A program made the translations under genes and the position numbers. 64,000 bases of DNA, from NCBI GenBank assembly GCA_963667015.2, contig CAXXJJ010000004.1, forward strand, positions 2,240,001 to 2,304,000, given 5' to 3'. Shown piece after piece: positions 57,891-64,000 of this stretch. The stretch is from Desulfatiglandales bacterium. Lineage in GTDB: Bacteria; Desulfobacterota; DSM-4660; Desulfatiglandales; HGW-15. The notes below the pieces were generated by a model, which was not told the DNA's origin, ran no database searches, and saw only the letters and a program-made list of their open reading frames with translations. Within the stretch, counting starts at the first letter, position 1, and each line of letters begins with the position of its first letter.

Positions 57891-60800
57891 ATGGATCATT
57901 CAGCCAGTCAAAACACGGAAAAATATTATATAGGTATAGATGCCGGTTCTGTGAGTATCAACTCTGTAGTCATCAACAGCAACCGGCAGATTGTCTATGA
58001 ATCACCCTACCACCGGCATTTCGGTAAAATAGAAGAAGCGGTTCATGATCTTCTTTTGAATGAATACAAAATGTTCGGGCAGGACAATATACTTGCTGTG
58101 GCCTTTACAGGAAACCATGGAGAACAGATAAGTACCAGGCTTGGTGGCTTCTATGAATTTGAAACCATATGCCAGGTAAAAGGCGCCCTTTTCATTGCCC
58201 CTGATGTAAAGTCAATAATAAGTATGGGAGGCCAGGATACAGCCCTTTTCCAGATAGCTCAAAATAACGGCACATGGGACCTTGAATATTTTAATACAAA
58301 CGGACCATGCGCCTCGGGTACAGGATCATTTATAGACCAGCAGGCCCAGCGTCTCGCGACTTCCATTTATGATAAAAAGATGGATGCATCAGGGCATGAC
58401 ATAGATAAAATCCTCTCGGATTTTATAGAACTTGGCCTTAAAAGTGACAGCCCGTCCCATGTAGCCTGCAGATGTACTGTCTTTACCAAATCAGACATGA
58501 TTCATCTCCAGAATAAGGGAGAACGTCTGGAAAATATTATTTACGGCTTGCACCTTGGAAATGCCAGAAACTATATAAGTACAATTGTTTCAAACAGGAC
58601 TCTTGAGGATCCTATCCTGTTTATCGGCGGACTTTCCATGAATGAGATACAGGTTATGGCCTTCAGACAGTATTTTCCAGGCCTGGTTATCCCCGAATAC
58701 AATACCTCCACAGGTGCCATAGGCGTTGCCATACATGCAATGGAGGAAGGAATTATAAACAGGATAGATCCAGAGCTCCTGACGGAACAGGCGGGAGAAG
58801 ATTACAAAAACCTGCCTGTTGGACCCCGGCTGGAGATAAAAAAGACACTTTTTGATGAAGACAACAGGGTCAGGGCAGTTCTTTCCGGCAGGGAGGTCCC
58901 GGCATATCTGGGGCTTGATATCGGCTCAACCACAACCAAGTATGCCATAATAAATGAAAAGGGAGACATTATCCACAAGGCATATATACACACCAGGGGA
59001 AAACCCATTGAAGTAACTCAGACACTTTTAAAGACCGTGCGGGATGAAGCGGATAAAAGAATAGTACTCAAGGGCATCGCCACAACCGGTTCAGGAAGAA
59101 ATGTAGTCGGCGATTTTTTAAATGCCGACCTGATTATCGATGAGATTACCGCCCATGCCAGGGGTGCGGTTGAGATTGATCCTGATATAGATACCATCTT
59201 TGAAATAGGCGGCCAGGATGCAAAATATATCTCCGTCACAAACAGCTATCCCCTTGATTTTGATATGAACAAGGTATGTGCCGCAGGGACCGGCAGTTTC
59301 CTGCATGAACTTGCAAACAAATACGGGATCAACATAGCCGGAGAATTCCAGGAGATCGCCCTTTCATCAAAAGGTCCCATAAAGCTGGCCGAAAGGTGCA
59401 CTGTTTTTATGGAGTCAGACCTTGTAAGCTACCACCAGAGGGGTGCTTTAAAGGAGGATCTTATCGCCGGACTTTGTTACGCCATTGCTCATAACTATCT
59501 AAATCGGGTAGTGGGGAAAAGGAAAATAGGCAGCCGGGTAATGTTTCTCGGCGGCCCCTCCTTAAACAAGGGAGTTGTCGCGGCATTTGAAAATATCCTC
59601 GGGCAGGGCCTGATTGTCCCGAAACACAGGGAGGTTTTAGGCGCCTTTGGAGCGGCCCTCCGGGCAAAGGAAATGATGGAGCCTGATGAGAACGCATCCA
59701 GCAGGTTCAGAGGAATTGAAAACTGTATCAGCGACCGGATGGAGTATATTGAAAAGATATGCACGGCAGATCCGTCCTGCCACAATCAGTGTAAATTAAA
59801 GATCTATGACTTTGACGGAAGAAGAAGCGTATGGGGAGGAGAATGCGGAAGATACGAGGTTACAAGGAGTTCAGCAAAAAAAGAGGCAAACTATTTCAAG
59901 CTGAGAGATGAAATATGGCAGAAATATATTGCCGGCCTTTATGACGTGGTATCAGACAAACCGGTTCTTGAAGTGGACGGTAAACCGACAATAGGAATTC
60001 AACGCTCGCTTTATACAATACAGACCGCTGTTTTATGGATCCATTTTTTTGACCGACTGGGATTCAGGCCTGTACTCACCGGCCCGACAAACAATCAGAT
60101 AGCAGAAATGGGAATTGAGGCCATGACTGCAGAGACATGTTTTCCTGTCAAGGTTTCGCACGGCCATGTCAAATCGCTTATAGGAAAGACAAGCTATCTT
60201 TTCCTGCCTGTTCTTATAAACATGGAAACAAAGGACAAAAATGAAAAAGGCTTCTATTGTCCCCTTGTACAGGCTAATAAATACATGGTCAATGCGGCCC
60301 TCGATATAGCTCCTGAAACCGTGATTGGACCTATCATCCACCTTAAACATGATCTGCCTTCACTTGCCATTGAAATGGCGGGCCAGATATCAGGGCAGCT
60401 TGGAAAATCACCTGCAGAAATCAAGGAAGCAATATCCTACGGCATGAAACGTCACAAGGCATTCCTTAATGAAATGTATAATACAGGCAGGGAGGTATTA
60501 GATGCACATAATCCGGACGAACCACTGGTTATAGTAACAGGAAGGCCCTACAACCTTTATGATGAAAGACTTAACCTCAGGCTGGGCCAGAATTTTTCGA
60601 AGATAGGGTTAAAGGCCCTGCCAATGGATTATATTGATGTGGCAGATATTGCTTTGTCGGACTTTCCCAATATGTACTGGGGTTATGGTGGTCAGATCTT
60701 AAGAACAGCCAAATATATCAAGGCTAACCCGAATTATTTCGGACTTCATCTGACAAACTTCAGCTGCGGAGCCGATTCCTTTGTCGAACATTTTTACAGA

Positions 60801-60959
60801 CATGTAATGGGTGATAAGCCTTCATTGATCCTCGAACTGGATGAGCACAGCGCTGTCGCCGGCGTGATGACCAGACTTGAGGCATACAAAAACGTTATTG
60901 AGAACATAATGTTCAAGTTAAACAGACAAACTGAAGATATGGTTATGCTGGCGAATTGA
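57891..60959 (+). CDS. Acyl-CoA dehydratase activase (two BadF/BadG ASKHA ATPase domains + DUF2229)
   Basis: GIDAGS / GLDIGSTT, two GGQD, CASGTGSF / CAAGTGSF, two RCTVF, ETCFPVK, FSCGAD, DEHS. Confidence 0.92.
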   Translation: MDHSASQNTEKYYIGIDAGSVSINSVVINSNRQIVYESPYHRHFGKIEEAVHDLLLNEYKMFGQDNILAVAFTGNHGEQISTRLGGFYEFETICQVKGALFIAPDVKSIISMGGQDTALFQIAQNNGTWDLEYFNTNGPCASGTGSFIDQQAQRLATSIYDKKMDASGHDIDKILSDFIELGLKSDSPSHVACRCTVFTKSDMIHLQNKGERLENIIYGLHLGNARNYISTIVSNRTLEDPILFIGGLSMNEIQVMAFRQYFPGLVIPEYNTSTGAIGVAIHAMEEGIINRIDPELLTEQAGEDYKNLPVGPRLEIKKTLFDEDNRVRAVLSGREVPAYLGLDIGSTTTKYAIINEKGDIIHKAYIHTRGKPIEVTQTLLKTVRDEADKRIVLKGIATTGSGRNVVGDFLNADLIIDEITAHARGAVEIDPDIDTIFEIGGQDAKYISVTNSYPLDFDMNKVCAAGTGSFLHELANKYGINIAGEFQEIALSSKGPIKLAERCTVFMESDLVSYHQRGALKEDLIAGLCYAIAHNYLNRVVGKRKIGSRVMFLGGPSLNKGVVAAFENILGQGLIVPKHREVLGAFGAALRAKEMMEPDENASSRFRGIENCISDRMEYIEKICTADPSCHNQCKLKIYDFDGRRSVWGGECGRYEVTRSSAKKEANYFKLRDEIWQKYIAGLYDVVSDKPVLEVDGKPTIGIQRSLYTIQTAVLWIHFFDRLGFRPVLTGPTNNQIAEMGIEAMTAETCFPVKVSHGHVKSLIGKTSYLFLPVLINMETKDKNEKGFYCPLVQANKYMVNAALDIAPETVIGPIIHLKHDLPSLAIEMAGQISGQLGKSPAEIKEAISYGMKRHKAFLNEMYNTGREVLDAHNPDEPLVIVTGRPYNLYDERLNLRLGQNFSKIGLKALPMDYIDVADIALSDFPNMYWGYGGQILRTAKYIKANPNYFGLHLTNFSCGADSFVEHFYRHVMGDKPSLILELDEHSAVAGVMTRLEAYKNVIENIMFKLNRQTEDMVMLAN

Positions 60960-60974
60960 TAAAAGGATATAAAT

Positions 60975-62336
60975 ATGACACCAACAGAGATAAGATCATT
61001 CCAGTCGCTTTCAGAAAAGGTCGGTCAATTTAACCTTAAAGGAAAAACCGTCCTGATCCCTGAAATGAATAATTCCGGCTGTCGCCTCCTTGCTGCGACA
61101 TTCCGCAGTTTTGATATAAATGCACTTGTTATGGAAACATTTAAAGGCCTGGATCTTGGAATGGAATACAGCTCCGGCAAGGAATGTTTCCCGTGCCAGG
61201 TAACCCTTGGAGATATTCTTTATCACATGAAATCCGAACAGGAGATCAGGGGAACAGACTTTGATGTTAATGACTATATCTACTTTCTTATTGAGGCCGG
61301 AGGCCCCTGCAGGTTCGGCATGTATAACAAGTATCAACGGATCGTCCTTGATTCATTTCCTGAATACAGGGATTTAAAGATCGGATCAATCACTACTGAC
61401 AACGGTTACTCCCTTGATGGTTTAATTGATAAAAAAAATAGCGCAGACCTGAGAAAATCAGCATTTTTTTCACTTCTCATCGGCGACATTCTGGACAGGC
61501 TGCTGTGGCGGATCAGGCCCTATGAAAAAGAAATGGGGCTGGCTGATAGGCTGATTGAACAGGCAATCTGTAACATGGAAAAGGCCTTTGAAAAATATGC
61601 AATAAATAAAGAGTTTGATCGAATACTTGAAAAACTGGTAGAGACAGCCAGGGAAGCGGCGCTGATTATTGATCATAACATCCCTCAAAAACCCCTGATA
61701 GGAATAGTCGGAGAAATATATCTCAGGACCCATGTCCGTTCAAATCAGGATCTCATAAGGACACTGGAAAAGCATGGTGCAGAGGTAGTTAACGCCTCAA
61801 TAATTGAATGGGTAAATTTCATAAGCTATCGAGACTATATGGAGGAATGCTCGGGTCTTCGACTTAACCTGAAACAATTCAGATTCAGGGATATAATGAA
61901 TTCCCTTAAAAAGGCCTTAAAATACAGGGCAGAGCTCTTCTATCAGGAGACGCGGCAAAAGAAGGCATATGACCGGATAAACTCATTACTGGATATTGCA
62001 GGAGATCATAAGGTAAACCATCTTGAAGATATTTTGAAGGAAGAGGATCTTTTCGATTTTGAATTAGGCACCGAGGCATGCCTGAGCATTGCAGGTATTC
62101 TTGAATATGCAAAGGAAGGGTTTAACGGTGTTGTAAATGTCTATCCATTTACCTGTATGCCCAGCACAACCACATCAGCAATAATTAATCCTGTAATGAA
62201 TAAAATGGGTGTACCCTACCTGGATACTCCCTATGATTCCAGTTTTCAACCGGGAAGGGAGGCTGCAATAAGGACATTCATGTACCAGGCAAAACAGCAT
62301 CTCAAGAGGAATGGAAGAAAAAGTCACAAACATTAA
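60975..62336 (+). CDS. Activase-associated 2-hydroxyacyl-CoA dehydratase-like subunit
   Basis: GKECFPC, GPCRFGMY, IVGEIYLR, PFTCMP; cotranscribed with the activase. Confidence 0.85.
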   Translation: MTPTEIRSFQSLSEKVGQFNLKGKTVLIPEMNNSGCRLLAATFRSFDINALVMETFKGLDLGMEYSSGKECFPCQVTLGDILYHMKSEQEIRGTDFDVNDYIYFLIEAGGPCRFGMYNKYQRIVLDSFPEYRDLKIGSITTDNGYSLDGLIDKKNSADLRKSAFFSLLIGDILDRLLWRIRPYEKEMGLADRLIEQAICNMEKAFEKYAINKEFDRILEKLVETAREAALIIDHNIPQKPLIGIVGEIYLRTHVRSNQDLIRTLEKHGAEVVNASIIEWVNFISYRDYMEECSGLRLNLKQFRFRDIMNSLKKALKYRAELFYQETRQKKAYDRINSLLDIAGDHKVNHLEDILKEEDLFDFELGTEACLSIAGILEYAKEGFNGVVNVYPFTCMPSTTTSAIINPVMNKMGVPYLDTPYDSSFQPGREAAIRTFMYQAKQHLKRNGRKSHKH

Positions 62337-62418
62337 AATATAGGCCGGAGAGATCCGAAGCCGAAAGTGATAATGTAAATCCCGGGTGCGCCATTCAGCA
62401 GATCAGTAAAGTAAAAAC

Positions 62419-62811
62419 CTATCTTGCTGTTGCCCTTCTGATTGAAATACCAAGCTCACTTTTTGTAAATGGCTTTGGTAAAATTTCGGTTACACCCGAT
62501 TCAAACATTACCTCTTCATCTGTCCTATTATCTGCCCCGGTACAAAGAATCACAGGCATGTCAGGCAATATTTTTTTTAAACTCATTGTAAGTTCGACGC
62601 CATTCATGTCAGGCATGGAATAATCGGTCATTACAAGATCAAAACAATTCCTTTTATCCTGTATTGTACTCATGGCATCACGACCGCCTTCAACCGCAAC
62701 TACACTAAATTTTAAAAACTCTAATAATCGTGTAGTTACCTTTCTAACAGCCGGATCATCTTCTACCAGAAGAATGTTCATTTGGTCGGAATCAACGTTT
62801 AAATTCATCAT
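62419..62811 (-). CDS. Single-domain response regulator receiver
   Basis: LLVEDD, MTDYSMPDMNG, ILCTG, PKP. Confidence 0.92.
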   Translation of the reverse strand: MMNLNVDSDQMNILLVEDDPAVRKVTTRLLEFLKFSVVAVEGGRDAMSTIQDKRNCFDLVMTDYSMPDMNGVELTMSLKKILPDMPVILCTGADNRTDEEVMFESGVTEILPKPFTKSELGISIRRATAR

Positions 62812-62859
62812 TTTTCTGTAAATCCTTTCAATTAAAGCAATAAGTCGAAACTAAATAAA

Positions 62860-63042
62860 TACAATATCCATGCCATAATCTGCATTTTGTTTTCGCGAAA
62901 AAAATATATAGGATAACATACTGTAGATACTACATATCTGGTCAATCCACTTAGCGAGAGACAAATAAAGTAGAAAATCCTGGCATATTAAATCAGCATC
63001 CGTGCATATTTTTATGTGCACGGATGCACACTAAAATGTGCA
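62860..63042 (-). promoter_or_regulatory. Putative sigma54 promoter with tandem enhancer-binding-protein sites
   Basis: Minus strand TGGCAT-GGATA-TTGTA at 62860-62875; two 18-bp TGCAY-N8-GTGCA palindromes at 63003-63020 and 63025-63042. Confidence 0.6.
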
Positions 63043-63192
63043 AACACAATACGGGAGCAATACGAATTATTTTAACCTGTCAATTTCGACTGAGAGGAGA
63101 AATCCCTGTTTATAAAGATTTAGAGCCCTCTCCGGAGGGTTGGACTGGCAACAGGCTTATGAAACACGGCACCTCCGGCTGCAGAAGAGGCA

Positions 63193-63510
63193 CTATTTGA
63201 GTTCACGGCTTAGCCAGTTCAGGTAATCTTCATTTCCTTTTTCTATCATCAATGCAAGTATTTCAGGAACTTCATATTCATGAATCTTTTTGACCTGAGC
63301 CTCCAGTGCATCATAATGTTCTTCATTCGATTTGATTATAAGAAGCCATTCTTCCTCCTCTGCTATCTTTCCTTCCCACCTGTAGAGGCTTGTTACAGGC
63401 CCGCTGATCTGAACACAAGCTGCGAGCCTTTTATCAAGAAGCGTTCTAGCAATATCCTTTGCCTTTTCTTTTTCATTGATTGTAATAAAAACCTGAATAT
63501 ATTCTGTCAT
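63193..63510 (-). CDS. cutA: Divalent-cation tolerance protein CutA
   Basis: LAACVQI, SLYRWEG, HEYEVPEI, YLNW; GAGGAG RBS before ATG 63510. Confidence 0.93.
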   Translation of the reverse strand: MTEYIQVFITINEKEKAKDIARTLLDKRLAACVQISGPVTSLYRWEGKIAEEEEWLLIIKSNEEHYDALEAQVKKIHEYEVPEILALMIEKGNEDYLNWLSRELK

Positions 63511-63650
63511 CGTCCTTTCTCCTCTTAAAGAATTACCAACCCTGTAATGACCATGCCTTGTCGCCACATTATTAATAATTGACACAGGGGAATCAATCCA
63601 ATATTATGCAAATCCTTAAAATAATAAGAAAATATGAAAGGAAAGACAAC

Positions 63651-64000
63651 ATGTACAAAATAGCGGTTATACCCGGAGACGGCACCGGCCCCGAAGTAAC
63701 AGCCGAAGCTCTCAAGGTTTTAAATACAGCTTCAACAAAATATGGGTTTAAGTACGAAACAACCACATTTGATTTTGGTGGAGAACGTTATCTGAAAACA
63801 GGTGAAACCCTGTCTGACAGCGATATTGAAGAATTGAGAAAATATGACTCTATCCTGCTGGGTGCAATCGGGCATCCTGACGTGCCGCCGGGAATTCTGG
63901 AAAAGGGAATCCTGCTCAAGGCGCGTTTTGAGCTGGACCAGTATATCAACCTCAGACCTGTCAGGCTCTATCCCGGGGTGGACACCCCCTTAAAAAACAA
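63651..64000 (+). CDS. leuB: 3-isopropylmalate dehydrogenase, 3'-truncated by window
   Basis: Translated by hand: [24 protein letters not shown]...[36 protein letters not shown]. Confidence 0.88.
   Translation, partial: MYKIAVIPGDGTGPEVTAEALKVLNTASTKYGFKYETTTFDFGGERYLKTGETLSDSDIEELRKYDSILLGAIGHPDVPPGILEKGILLKARFELDQYINLRPVRLYPGVDTPLKN

Noticed and set aside
63080..63190. Possible ncRNA or riboswitch in GC-richer intergenic DNA (CCCTCTCCGGAGGG hairpin)
   Set aside because: It matches no RNA family consensus I can recognise; an Rfam search would be needed.
1..64000. Short antisense or overlapping ORFs in the ORF track; CRISPR arrays, tRNA/rRNA genes, integrase or prophage genes
   Set aside because: The short ORFs are shadows of well-supported genes. 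I saw no regularly spaced repeats, structural RNA signatures, tyrosine/serine recombinases or phage genes.

Overview
This is a gene-dense, AT-rich bacterial window. Its gene content (2-hydroxyacyl-CoA dehydratase/activase, DUF169, Geobacter-type pilin, multiheme cytochrome, sigma54 promoter) suggests an anaerobic deltaproteobacterium (Desulfobacterota); this is inference. Layout: (1) 1-12.9 kb, two convergent surface-glycan loci. One is a CDP-glycerol/TagD-TagF-like cluster. The other contains an aromatic-rich type IV pilin with GT-C, GT2, GT4, radical SAM, epimerase and methyltransferase genes. They meet at a recombination scar carrying a Phd/VapC TA pair. (2) 13-40.7 kb, mostly housekeeping genes, but with a eukaryote-type bifunctional 6-phosphofructo-2-kinase/fructose-2,6-bisphosphatase close to a class I FBPase, a cNMP-domain Ser/Thr kinase, a Ser/Thr phosphatase and a cNMP-binding protein. 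This segment also has an MshEN-like/CheZ fusion, TamAB, and a selenoprotein truncated by the ORF track (in-frame TGA plus SECIS-like hairpin; UshA-like domain plus four CXXCH). (3) about 40.8-50 kb, an accessory island with a Nal1-like serine protease, a coiled-coil lipoprotein, a GH13 enzyme, an intact IS630, and a Schlafen/AlbA-ATPase gene flanked by attC-like sites. (4) 50-64 kb, ABC exporter, LysR/purA/HAD, ferritin-like protein, radical SAM, CoA-dehydratase activase pair, a receiver protein with a sigma54-type promoter, cutA and the start of leuB. I saw no rRNA, tRNA, CRISPR array or integrase. All calls come from motif recognition by eye; no database searches were run.
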